Assembly (NCBI RefSeq): GCF_009914755.1 | Contig: NC_060935.1 | Direction: 5' to 3' (one strand) | DNA from: the human T2T-CHM13v2.0 reference genome, Homo sapiens | DNA length: 64,000 bases | Part shown: piece by piece, positions 43,921 through 58,879 of the stretch | How the letters are laid out: each line of letters opens with the position of its first letter | Position numbering within the stretch: position 1 is the first letter of the stretch | The notes under the pieces: generated by a model | What the model was told of the DNA's origin: nothing | Seen by the model: only the letters and a program-made list of their open reading frames with translations | Databases searched by the model: none | Program-made: the position numbers and the translations under genes

Positions 43921-45901
43921 ACTTCTGACATTTCTTTTCCTCCAAATCTCTTTGAAAATTAGAACCCAGTCTAGGAGATCTTTCAATGACCTCTCTCAAA
44001 AGCAAATCACAACCTTCTGAGCCTCTATCTGTAAATGAGAAGTTGAAATAGATTAATAGGCCCAGATTTTATTTTGAAGCAGAACATTTTTTAATAAACT
44101 TATTCTGAAGATCAGCAGGTGAAATGGACAGAAACAGGTTTGCTCTTGGTTGAGACAGTTGAAGCTGGAATGAGGATAACTCGGAGTCCTACCTAATTAG
44201 TCTTCTTTCCCCCACTGTATTCCTAGCTCTCTTTTAGGCAGCCACTGAGGCTCCTCACAACAAACCTCAGATCCTTCCCACTCGAACCTTCTACAGTGTT
44301 GATGGTATGATTCTAGCCCTTACGTATCTATCATTCTTCAAGCAAATTCTCTCTATTATAAAGCGGTAAAAGATAGCTGTAAAATGTTATAGATGACAGA
44401 TGTCTTGGCCTCTCCAATGACTTAAATACTAGGTAGTCCACCATTCCATCATCTGAATCATTCTGAACTCTTGTTAGTCACCCAACAAATTTGTTGAAAT
44501 GTAGCCAAGTCAATAAAACCAGATAGGTACCAAATTTCTTGAGCTAGAAGATGACTTTAAAAAGTAATGTAAAATATCGCCAAAGCTCTCAGGGAGTAGG
44601 AACTCTGCATGAAACTATAAAATATCGAATAAGCAATTCTCCAAGTTGTTCTCCACTAAATATACAGCAATACTGCAGGCTCTTTGAATCTCTTTTAAAT
44701 AGGAATGATTCAGAGATTAAGAAGCCATTTATAATAAAGCAAACAATTCAATGCCATTTCTCAATGGCCCAAACAAGAGAGTTTGTTTTGGGAAGTTGGT
44801 TCCAGAATACACAGATCATATAATTGCACAGTGTCAGAGCTGGAAATGCTGTTAGGGAGTAACCAGTCTATTTTACATATGACAAATGTGAAGTTCAGAA
44901 CGACTGTGAGTGAGCTGTCCAAGATTAGGGATGCATTCAAGCTTCATTAAATAAGTATTAACTGAGTGCTATGTGCCAGGTGATAGGGATAGGAAGGCAA
45001 ATAAAACACGATCTTTGTCCATGTAGTGGAAGAAGACAAATAAGTGAATAATTGCAGTTAAATTGTTGCATAAGTGGGACTCCAACTCTGTGTCCAATTT
45101 CATAATCAAAGGTCTATCCCACTACCTTATACTGACTCACAACTAAACAGCTCGAGAAATTAGTAGTGGGGAGCCATGGTCAGTATATCCAGAGATATGT
45201 TTATGTCAACTAAGCCTTGGTCTTTGGGGTGCACAGGTACTTATCCACCTTTCTTGAGGACCTGTGAATAATAGGGAAGACTCTATTCTTATATGAAAGG
45301 AAATTCTTACAAAGATTTTTTGCCAATACTTATAAGGACTTCTGAGAGCATTGAGGAAACCATGAATGGTAAAGGCTTACAAAGCAAAGTAATAATAGTA
45401 TAGCCTTTGCTCGGACTTTTGAAGAAGTTACCACCAAGGTCAAAGTCATGAAAAATTATATGGCATACTTTTCAACCTACTTAAGTAAGAAAAGGACATT
45501 TTAATTAGCTGTCCGCATATGTTTCTTTTTCCTTAGTATATAAAGTATTGAAGAAATATACAAATATTTCAAAGATCTGTACCATCATCCAGAAAGAACA
45601 ACAAACGCAAAAGCCAAACAACAGCCTGGGCAACATAGTGAGACCCTGTCCACCCTCACCCTCATCAGCTGTCCATTCAATAAAAAATGAGCAACTTTAT
45701 GAAGAGATATTATGCCTACAAATTAATTACAATAGAATGTAAGCGTGCACTCACATTTTTATGAAAAAATGCATCTATGCATAAAAGCAAATTTGGAAGA
45801 CTACACATCGAAACATTAAGAATAAGAAAAACCTTTAAGGAAAATATAAACAAATACATAATGGTTTTATAGAATACATACACAATAAAAGTAAAAAGAC
45901 C

Positions 45902-46070
45902 TAAGCCTGGTGATGTGTTCCTGCAGTCCCAGCTACTGCAGAGGCTGAGGTAGGAGGATGGGTTGCCCCCAGGAGTTCAAGTCTGTAGTGCATACCTGTG
46001 AATAGCCATCGTACTCCAGCCTGGGCAGAATAGCAAGTGCTCATCTCAAAAAAGAAAAAAAAAAAAAGGA
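45902..46070 (+). mobile_element. FAM (fossil Alu monomer)
   Basis: 7SL-like CCTGTGAATAGCCA segment; A tail. Confidence 0.75.
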
Positions 46071-47278
46071 AAAGTAACCAAAATCCTTTATTTAAAACTC
46101 TCATGTATAATTTTTGTATTTTCTAATGTCTCTGGAATGGAAAAAAATTCCCAAATCCAACCATAGAGAGTATTGTTGAGAATTGTTAGTGACCATGTTC
46201 AGACTTTTCATATGACTGGTAGTTTCAGACCTTCCCAAAACACTACATATCAAATATTTAAGTTACGGAAAGTATCATCAATGTTACTTACCAAATGTCA
46301 AAAGAAGAGAAATAGTCACCAATGAGAATCTATAGTGTAGTTAATTAGGTAAAATATTTATTTAATTGAACCAACATTTGAGTACCCTCCACAGATGTAG
46401 TTTTATCCTGGAAAAAAATGTAGAAGTGTACTAGCTAAAACAAAAAAGATAATTTAGTAGGAAACAAGTAAGGAATAATGTGAAAGCAACTTATAAACAA
46501 ATATATGGTGGTATAATCTAGATTATAGATAACATCTAATGTCTGATTTAATAACCCTAAACCATGTTTATCTCAAACTACAGTGGATGAGAGCAAAATA
46601 AACAATTAGCTTTTTTGGGCAGCATTGACACAAGATAGACATAAACGTATGCACAAACTTATAGGAAGTTCTGAAACAGAGCATCAACCACTGTGTGGTA
46701 GTTATGCTCTATGGCAATCAAGAACAGCCTCACTCTTTTTAACAGAAAATTATCTATAAGTCACCAACAATTGCCATTGCTCTAGCTGATCACAGGGCTC
46801 AGAGGCAAGACTGAAAACAATGAATCAACAGAACAATTAGTAGCTATGTTTAGGCCATTAGGACAGTAGCTGGCTCCTAGTAAGAGCTCAGTAAATGCTC
46901 TCTGTAGAATAATCATTCATTTTTAAAGAGCTGCTGGTGATACACTAGTCTATCCAACTCTTCTCACACCTTTTCCTCTTCATTTTCTCACTTCTCTGGG
47001 TCCCTGTCATATACAGCGCTCAAAGAGAATCATCATCCACAATGTCATCTTTGAAGGAAATAGAAAATTTATATCTGGATGCCAAACACTTAAAAATACA
47101 AAGGCTTCTGAACCTAAAAGGTACAATTAGCTAGAGGTCCATCTGAAAAAAAAGAAAGAGTAAAAAGCAATTTGGGTTCAAATACAAAGAAATTTTTGTG
47201 TTGTTTTTATGCATAATATTTCAAGCTTTGTCTCTATGAAGCTTAGAGATTTGCTAACAGCATATTAAAATGAAGCTA

Positions 47279-49363
<2,085 letters not shown>

Positions 49364-51901
49364 AAAATGAAGCTAACTGGTTAACTCACATGTCAAGTCT
49401 TGTAGGTATAAACCGTTATTATTTAAATTATTACAGTTTTAATAAACATTCATATAGCACTATATATTACTAAAATGCTTTATAATATTGTTGGCTCTTA
49501 TTCTTCTAATACTAAATCAGTTAAAACTAAAAGCAATTATTTTTTTATTCACTAATGAGAATAAAATTTGACTGCTTTGTAGAATCTACAGAGAAAAAGA
49601 CAGGTGGACTTAAAGTTTAAATATTTAGCGTAAAATTTAATTAAAATATTTAACTGGATAATTTAGGAGCATAAGAAGTTGTACACATTTAAAAATTCAT
49701 TTATTAAAATATTATTTTATTTTGAATTTTGCTTATAATTATAGAACATAACAGACACTGATAGTCTATATCACTGTTTTTCCAATTTTTCTTATGGTAT
49801 GAATCATAAGGAGTGTTTGTTAAAAATATAGTTCCTTAGCTTCCAAGTCTTGGAATTTCTGAATCATCAAGTCTGCGATGAGACCAGGGAAATTGTATTT
49901 TTAACAAATACCATAAGAAATTATTATTGGGGAAATTTGGGAAACAGTCATTTCTGTAAACTAGCATCCAATTCCCTGGCCCCATAGAAACTGGGAACAT
50001 ATAAATTTTACTTGTATCTTCAATCTTTCACCCACCGGGCTCAAGAGTTTTGAGATCTCTTTTGATCTTCATAGCATTCCATAAGATAGAGAGTGTTACC
50101 ATTTCCTGGAATCAAACTCTGAAAGTTTGAATAACTAGACCAACAGAAAAGTTGAATAACTAGATCAAGGTCTCAAAGCCATGTCTACGTGGCTCCAAAA
50201 GCTATGCTGCATCAGTACACTGTATTCTGTATTTTCTTCTGTACATTGCCAAATCTTGCATCTCAGACAAAAAAAGAAAAAGGAGAGATAAAGAAGAAAG
50301 CATAATTCCGTAAGTGCACTCCATATTTTCAAGAGGTTATTGCATATATACAGTAAATTAAAAAGTTAAATCCACCTTAAAAGTCTCCAGTTGATATGTA
50401 AAATTGTTTTGAAAGAATCATGTAGAAGTCCCAGGGGAAGACTAGGAATGGTCACAAAATAGATTGAAGATTATAGTTAATTGTATATTAGTATTGAGGT
50501 AGGTGTTATTTTTGTTAGGAAGAGCCTCTTTTGGTTAAGGAAATAGAGAAAAGAGTAAATAGGTCTTGATATTTGATGGGATCTAGTGTATCATTTCTCT
50601 AAAGCTGGCAATTCAAACTATAAGATCATTCTTTTCTGGTAGGTGCAACTCTTAATCTTGACTGGAAAAAAAAAACTAAGAAAATCATGCACAGTACATA
50701 TGTCCAACTTTTTGTTCTACCTTGATGCTGAGAAGGGAGATCCTTCAAAGTCTTTTGATAAGTAAGCCTTGTTATAAGAATCAGGTTGTCATGTACAAAT
50801 GCAAGAAATAATTCACCTGAGTCGAGCTAACTTTTTCAGAGAATGCAAGCTGAGTTGAGCTAGTTTTTGTGGAGAACACAGGCTCTAATATTACCTTGAA
50901 AGACCCAGCAAACAAAACGTTCAGGCTTTTGATGCAGAAATGGGACAGACAACCTGTGACAAGACGAGGGGGAATATGTCAGCAAGTTGCTATTGAAATA
51001 AACAAATCCCCCACCCCTAACACATACCCTTTTATTTTGTGGTATTAATTTAATGTAGACAATGGGGATTATTTTTTAAATTTTATTACAGGATGTGGCT
51101 GCTTCCTTGGCTTTCAAAAAATTCTACTTCCTCCATTTGTTTCTATCAGTGTTATATTTCTGCTTTACAACCATGAATGGAGGTGGTCTTGGAAGCAGAC
51201 TAGTGTCCGTATGTGGCGGGGTGGGGTTGGATTTATGGCTTAGGGGAGATCACAGTTTGGTAACTAGCTTAGCTCAGGGGAGATTCCAGAAAGGTAACAG
51301 ATGGATCAAGCAGTAAGAGGACAGTTACAGCTACAAGACTGTGTAGTGAGAAAAGAGTTAAAGGGTCTGATAGGCTGAAAGGATCTTGCTGTAAAGCAAT
51401 TATCAAAAACCATGGCATTCCATTTCTTCTTATGTAGACATGATACACCAGAAATTAAGAACTTTGTATTAGAAAAGCTAAGTAATATCCCAGGGAAGAA
51501 GTTTCAACACTTGGGGGAAAATGATTTTCAATCACTTTGAAAGTATAATTTGCATATGAAAAACTATCCTACTGATTATATAGCATTCTAGGTCCTAAGA
51601 GCTACCATTGCTTTGTTAACCTTGACAGTGTTTGGTGGTCTCTTGTTTGTGGGATGTCTGGCTACTAACTTGATTCTTTTTGGCCCCAAGATAATATTAT
51701 TCTGGTCACTACCACAGTAGCCCAAAGCACATGTTTTCCTTTGGTGCGTTGATTTGATTACCAGTGTCTTGGAAGAAAGGCCAAAAGTCAAGAGAAATTG
51801 AAAGGCTTTGGGCAGTGGTTAAGCAGCTACTTCATATTTCAAAGGACAGACACTTGAAGTCCACAGTGAACTCCAAGTTATGAGGAGAATAATTCACCTG
51901 C

Positions 51902-52291
51902 TGTATTAGGCCGTTCTCACACTGCTGTAACGAAATACCTGAGACTGGGTAATTTTTACCCAGAAGCATGGCAGCATCTGCTCAGTTTCTGGGGAGGCGT
52001 CGGGGATCTTATAATCACGGCAGAAGGTGAAGAGGAAGCAGGCACATCTTACATGGCCAGAGCAGGAGCAAGAGAGAGAGTTGGGGGAGGTGCTACACAC
52101 TTTTAAACAACCAGATCTCACAAGAACTCACTCACTCACTATCACGAGAACAGCACTGAGGGGATGGTGCTAAACCATTCATGAGAAACCACCCCCATGG
52201 TCCAGTCACCTCCCACCAGGCCCCACCTCCAACAGTGGGGATTACAATTCCACATGCGATTTGGGTGAGGACAAAGATCCAAACCATATCA
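51902..52291 (-). mobile_element. MST (MSTA/B-like) solo LTR
   Basis: TGTATTAG...AACCATATCA ends; perfect 5-bp TSD CCTGC (51897-51901 / 52292-52296). Confidence 0.9.
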
Positions 52292-52511
52292 CCTGCTCAC
52301 CACCAGCACGTCGCTCTCTTGTTCGTTTCGCTCCCTTGTTCGTTTGCTTTTGCTCTTCCTCTCTTTCACTGCCTATTTTTCTGTTTCTTTGTATGTGTGT
52401 ACTTTGTTTGTTTTCTTTTTCTCCTGTCTCTTCCTCTCCTCCTTTATCAATTGTTTCCCCCTCCCTCTTTGTCTCTTTCTTTGACTTTCTTCTTTTAAAA
52501 AAATATAACTA

Positions 52512-55322
52512 GCCCTGCCCCTGCCCCTGCCCCTGCCCCTGCCCCTGCCCCTGCCCCTGCCCCTCCCTCTCCCCTCTCCCCTCTCCCCTCTCCCCTCTCC
52601 CCTCTCCCCTCTCCCCTCTCCCTCTCGGTCTCCCTCTCCCTCTCTTTCCACGGTCTCCCTCTGATGCCGAGCCGAAGCTGGACTGTACTGCCTCTGCCTC
52701 TGCCTCTCCCTCTCCCCTCTCCCCTCTCCCCTCTCCCTCTCGGTCTCCCTCTCCCTCTCTTTCCACGGTCTCCCTCTGATGCTGAGCCGAAGCTGGACTG
52801 TACTGCTGCCATCTCGGCTCACTGCAACCTCCCTGCCTGATTCTCCTGCCTCAGCCTGCCGAGTGCCTGCAATTGCAGGCGCGCGCCACCACGCCTGACT
52901 GGTTTTCATACTTTTTTGGTGGAGACGGGGTTTCGCTGTGTTGGCCGGGCTGGTCTCCAGCTCCTAACCGCGAGTGATCCGCCAGCCTTGGCCTCCCGAG
53001 GTGCCGGGATTGCAGACGGAGTCTGGTTCACTCAGTGCTCAATGGTGCCCAGGCTGGAGTGCAGTGGCGTGATCTCAGCTCGCTACAACCTCCATCTCCC
53101 AGCCGCCTGCCTTGGCCTCCCAAAGTGCCAAGATTGCAGCCTCTGCCCGGCCACCACCCCGTCTGGGAAGTAAGGAGCGTCTCTGCCTGGCTGCCCATCG
53201 TCTGGGACGTGAGGAGCCCCTCTGCCTGGCTGCCCAGTCTGGAAAGTGAGGAGCGTCTCTGCCCGGCCGCCATCCCATCTAGGAAGTGAGGAGCGCCTCT
53301 TCCCGGCAGCCATCCCATCTGGGAAGTGAGGAGCGTCTCTGCCCGGCCGCCCATCGTCTGAGATGTGGGGAGCGCCTCTGCCCCGCCGCCCCGTCTGGGA
53401 TGTGAGGAGCGCCTCTGCCCGGCGGCGACCCCGTCTGGGAGGTGAGGAGCGTCTCTGCCCAGCCGCCCCGTCTGAGAAGTGAGGAGACCCTCCCCCCAGC
53501 ATCCGCCCCATCTGAGAAGTGAGGAGCCCCTCCGCCCGGCAGCCGCCCCGTCTGAGAAGTGAGGAGTCCCTCTGCCCGGCAGCCACCCCGTCTGGGAAGT
53601 GAGGAGCGTCTCCGCCCGGCAGCCGCCCCGTCCGGGAGGGAGGTGGGGGGGTCAGCCCCCCGCCCGGCCAGCCGCCCCGTCCGGGAGGGAGGTGGGGGGG
53701 TCAGCCCCCCGCCCGGCCAGCCGCCCCGTCCGGGAGGGAGGTGGGGGCGGTCAGCCCCCCGCCCGGCTAGCCGCCCCATCCGGGAGGGAGGTGGGGGGGT
53801 CAGCCCCCCGCCCGGCCAGCTGCCCCGTCCGGGAGGGAGGTGGGGGGGTCAGCCCCCTGCCCGGCCAGCCACCCCGTCCGGGAGGTGAGGGGCGCCTCTG
53901 CCCAGCCGCCCCTACTGGGAAGTGAGGAGCCCCTCTGCCTGGCCAGCCACCCCGTCCAGGAGGGAGGTGGGGGAGTCAGCCCCCCACCCGGCCAGCCGCC
54001 CCGTCCGGGAGGGAGGTGGGGGGGTCAGCCCCCCGCCCGGCCAGCCGCCCCGTCCAGGAGGGAGGTGGGGGGGTCAGCCCCCCGCCCGGCCAGCCACCCC
54101 GTCCGGGAGGGAGGTGGGGGTGTCAGCCCCACGTCCGGGAGGGAGGTGGGGGGGGTCAGCCCCCCGCCCGGCCAGCCGCCCCGTCTGGGAGGGAGGTGGG
54201 GTCAGCCCCCCGCCCGGCCAGCCGCCCCGTCCGGGAGGTGAGGGGCGCCTCTGCCCAGCCGCCCCTACTGGGAAGTGAGGAGCCCCTCTGCCGGGCCAGC
54301 CACCCCGTCTGGGAGGGAGGTGGGGGGCTCAGCCCCCCGCCCGGCCAGCCGACCCGTCCAGGAGGGAGGTGGGGGGTCAGCCCCCCGCCCGGCCAGCCGC
54401 CCCGTCCGGGAGGTGAGGGGCACCTCTGCCCGGCCGCCCCTACTGGGAAGTGAGGAGCCCCTCTGCCCAGCCAGCCGCCCCGTCCGGGAGGGAGGTGGGG
54501 GGGTCAGCCCCCCGCCCGGCCAGCCGCCCCGTCCGGGAGGGAGGTGGGGGGGTCAGCCCCCAGCCCGGCCAGCCGCCCTGTCCGGGAGGTGAGGGGCGCC
54601 TCTGCCCAGCCGCCCCTACTGGGAAGTGAGGAGCCCCTCTGCCCAGCCAGCCGCCCCGTCCGGGAGGGAGGTGGGGGGGTCAGCCCCCCGCCTGGCCAGC
54701 CGCCCCGTCCGGGAGGTGAGGGGCGCCTCTGCCCGGCCACCCCTACTGGGAAGTGAGGAGCCCCTCTGCCCAGCCACCACCTCGTCTGGGAGGTGTACCC
54801 AACAGCTCATTGAGAACGGGCCGGGATGACAATGGCGGTTTTGTGGAATAGAAAGGGGGGAAAGGTGGGGAAAAGATTGAGAAATCGCATGGTTGCCGTG
54901 TCTGTGTAGAAAGAAGTAGACATGGGAGACTTTTCATTTTGTTCTGTACTAAGATAAATTCTTCTGCCTTGGGATCCTGTTGATCGGTGACCTTACCCCC
55001 AACCCTGTGCTCTCTGAAACATGTGCTGTGTCCACTCAGGGTTAAATGGATTAAGGGCGGTGCAAGATGTGCTTTGTTAAACAGATGCTTGAAGGCAGCA
55101 TGCTCGTTAAGAATCATCACCACTCCCTAATCTCAAGTACCCAGGGACACAAACACTGCGGAAGGCCGCAGGGTCCTCTGCCTAGGAAAACCAGAGACCT
55201 TTGTTCACTTGTTTATCTGCCAACCTTCCCTCCACTATTGTCCTATGACCCTGCCAAATCCCCCTCTGCGAGAAACACCCAAGAATGATCAATAAAAAAA
55301 ATAAAAATTAAAAAAAAAAGTT
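52512..55322 (+). mobile_element. Full-length SVA retrotransposon (SVA_D-like; subfamily uncertain)
   Basis: Hexamer head, Alu-like domain (~52760-53150), GC-rich VNTR (~53150-54795), SINE-R (~54795-55290), AATAAA at 55291, A tail, TSD ending TATAACTA on both sides. Confidence 0.97.
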
Positions 55323-55344
55323 AAAAAATATATATATATAACTA

Positions 55345-55645
55345 ATTAATTTTAACAGACAAATGATAATTGTGCATATTCATGGGGTACATAGTGATGT
55401 TTCAGTACATACGATGTATAGCGATCAGATCAGTGTAATTAGCATGGCCATCTTCTCAAACATTTATAATTTCTTTGTGTTAGGAACTTTTACCATCCTC
55501 CTTCTAGCTATTTGAAACTCTGTAATGTATGATTGTTAATTATAGTCATCCTCCAGTGCTGTAGAACACTAGAACTTGTTCCTCCTATCTAGCTGTGATT
55601 TTGTTTCATTTAACAAATCTCTCCCTATCCCTCCCTTCCTCCAAC
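55345..55645 (-). mobile_element. L1MA-type 3' end
   Basis: ATTCATGGGGTACATAGTGATGTT...GAACACTAGAACTTGTTCCTCCTATCTAGCTGT. Confidence 0.7.
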
Positions 55646-56117
55646 TTTGTTTTACCTCTTCTCTTCTTTATTCACCTCCACTCTCATGACCATCTTTGAA
55701 ATCAACCAAATATGGAACTTAAATACAGCATTTTAGATATTCATATTTGTAGAAAATAATTTTATACTTGCAGCTCTTAATTTTAAAAGCATATAAGTTT
55801 GCATATCTCTTTCTTAAAAGAGAATTCAAGGCCAACAACTTAAATTTTACTTCTGACAGGATTTTTTATTGTTTTCTATAGGTCAGTGAGCCTGAATAGA
55901 CAAAATATTTCCTAGCAAAGCCCTCATATTTAATATTATGTGAATTTAAAGTTTTTAAATCATAATTGTAAAATAAATATTTAATAACTCCTTTACAGAT
56001 AGACTTTCTTCTAAGTTGTGCTAATTTGGTGGTGTTTTGTTGTATAAATATACTGGTTATATTAACATAAATACAATAATCTAAATGTAGCATAATTTTT
56101 AAAATGAGTTTCTCTAT

Positions 56118-56268
56118 ATTTATTTTTTAATTTTTTAATTTTTAATTTTTGTAGAGATTGGGTTTCGCCATGTTGCCCAGGCTACTCTCGAACTCCTGGG
56201 CTCAAACAATCCTCCCGCCTCAGCCTCCCAAAGTGTTGGGATTTCAGGCATGAGCCACCATGCCCAGT
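56118..56268 (-). mobile_element. FLAM / Alu left monomer
   Basis: Antisense monomer. Confidence 0.85.
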
Positions 56269-56919
56269 CGAGTTTTGCTTATATTTAATTTATTTCATTT
56301 ACACTTAATTTTGTAGCTGAAAATAGGTTTTGAGGAACCTGAAGCCTTAAAGTAAGAATGTTGAAGAAGAGGACCAGTTCTCCAAGGCAGAAAACGCTAT
56401 TACAAAAAGTAGTATGGTTCTTCTAGGCATTGTGTCCCTGAGATCAGGGGCTAAACCAATTTTTTTTAGACACTCCCTATCTAACATCTATAAATCTAGG
56501 AACTGGAATTGGAAGTGGAAGAGTCTATGTATAGGAAACATGTTATTGTATTATTTTTTCACATGATGCCATCTTCTATCTATGTGCCAAGTGGAAAATG
56601 TCACTGGAAGTGTTTCTTGGCCAAATATAACTCTGTTCTGGGAAACTACTTCCTTTATCAACCGCAGGTATCTAGACACATCTTAGAATATACTACAGCT
56701 CTCCGAGGAGTGCCCACCATGCTCCTCTGAGCCCAAAAATCAACTCTCAGGAAAAAATTGCAAATTAATCACAAAGGCATCTAGACTAGCATGCATGTTG
56801 CTTCTTTTTCTGGCAGATCCCTAACCTGGCCAACCAGCTGGACATGCAGTGTGAGAACTGGGAATGGGAGTATCCTGTAATAGCCAAGCAAGCTGGCTTT
56901 TAGAGATCCCCTTATGATT

Positions 56920-58360
56920 GTCTCATAGGTCTATCACACTTAACATTTTCAAATCAAAACCCAATCCCCAAAACATGTTCTACACTCGGTCTTTCATATG
57001 TCAGTAAATAGCACCACCATACCCCAAGGAGTTCAAGTCAAAACTTAGGACTCATTCTGGTTTCCTGTTTACCTTGCTCCCAAAATCCAATTCATCAACA
57101 AATCCTAGAGGTTAATTCCTCCTAAATAAATCCTGAATTTTACCATCACCACTGATATCATCCTCATCCAAGCCACCATCATCATTTACCTGGACTTTTG
57201 CAAAGGATTCCTGTTTTCACTATTGCCCTTCCATACTCCATCCTCTATCCAGCAGATAGAATCATCTGTTAAAAACAGAAATAAGTCCATATCTCTCCTT
57301 TGCTTACTCCAGCCCCATCCATAGTCTCCCACTGTAATTAGAACATAACCAACAGTTGTGCCATACCCTGTGAAACCCCATATGATCTGGCCTTTCTCCA
57401 CCTCTACGGTCTCACCTCTTACCTTTCACCCTTTTATTCAGTTCATTTCAACTACATTGTACTTTTTTCTCCTATCTCATTAACCTGCACACCATGCTCA
57501 TTTGCACTCAGAGCCTTTGGATTGCTGTTCCTTCTACCTGATGTGGTTTTCCCCAGGCCTTCTCATAGCTGTGTCCTCATAATCCAAGTTTCAGCTTAGT
57601 TATCATCTCCTCAGAGGAGCCTTTCTATCCCTCCTCTCCCTATTAAACGTTTTAGAATTACATAAATTTTTAAAAATTATGTGCATCTATTCCAGCTTTC
57701 TTTTGATTAGTAAAGATTTAAAAAATAGAATTATGTGCATCCATTTTTTCTTTCTTTTTTTTTTTTTTTTTTAGACAATATCACTTTGTCACCCAGGCCG
57801 GAGTGCAGTGGCATGATCTCGGCTTACTACAACCTTTGCCTCCCAGCTCAAGCAACTCACATGCCTCAGCCTCCCAAGTAGCTGGGACTGCAGGCGTGTG
57901 CCACCTCACCTGGCTAATTTTTGTGTTTTGTTTTTAGTAGAAATGGGGTTTTGCCTTGTTACCCAGGCTGATCTCAAACTCCTGGCCACAAGTGATCTGC
58001 CCACCTTGGACTCCCAAAGTGCTGCGATTACAGGCATAAGCCACTGCACCTGGCCAGTGTGCATCTATTATTTTGATATTTTAAGTTAAAGTAAAAACAA
58101 ATATATAAATAAAATAGCCTCTCTAGTCACTATTATATCACTTTGCTTAGTTTTCTCCATTGAAGAAATTATCTCAAATTATTTTCTTTATGTGTCTACT
58201 TGTGTATCCTGTGTTTCTCACTACAATGTAAGCTACATTAAAGAGGGGATTTGCTTTAGTGACCCCAAGACTGCTAACCTCATGTCCTATCATGTATCCC
58301 AGCACCTTCAAAGTCTTTTGTACATTGTAGACTCTCAATAAATATTTGTTAAATGAGTAG
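56920..58360 (-). mobile_element. L2 remnant with nested AluJ (57744-58055)
   Basis: L2 3' end (CTCAATAAATATTTGTTAAATGA) and pyrimidine-rich body. Confidence 0.75.
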
Positions 58361-58879
58361 ATTTCAGTTATCCAAGAGACAGGCAGTGTTCTTTTGGCTG
58401 ATGCTTATATGCATTCACTTGAAAAGAGTATTGTAACAAAATTTGTTCAAGTTGGATTTTGTTTGCATATTAAGATACTACTGCTGATACCCATGCATAT
58501 GGAATGGGTCTTTGATACAAGTGAGAAATTGCCAACACTCATTTACAGCCTATTAATAAATGGGCTTTATCCTATAGATTAGTATCTATGTCCCTGTCAA
58601 CATGGCAGTGGTAAAGTTCACATCAAAGTAAAAATTGAAAAACAAAATTAATGTTAATTTGGATTTAAAAGCTCATACCTGAGTTCTGCTTTCAAGGCAG
58701 TGAGGAACTGTGGGGAACTGTCTGGAACTGTTGATGCTGCAGGTGAAGCTAGAACATGAGAATGCTATAGGCTGGTTTGTAGCACAATGAAAATGGAAGA
58801 ATAAGAGGTAAGGCCAGTTGCCCGGAGACTCCAAATAAGAAACATGGTTATGAGGAAGTGGTTTAGAATTAGGGCTTTG

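Noticed and set aside
50817-50884. Diverged 33-bp tandem pair (CTGAGTCGAGCTA.../CTGAGTTGAGCTA...)
   Set aside because: Only two degenerate units; ordinary old slippage
53150-54795. Regular ~40-bp repeat array superficially like a CRISPR array
   Set aside because: Tandem SVA VNTR with no unique spacers, in a primate genome
52373-55288. Dense stack of repetitive ORFs (GQPPARPAAPSGREVGG...)
   Set aside because: Translations of the SVA hexamer, VNTR and SINE-R; not genes
58852-58865. PU.1-like GAGGAAGTG motif as a microglial enhancer
   Set aside because: A single short motif is expected by chance; cannot be supported without chromatin data
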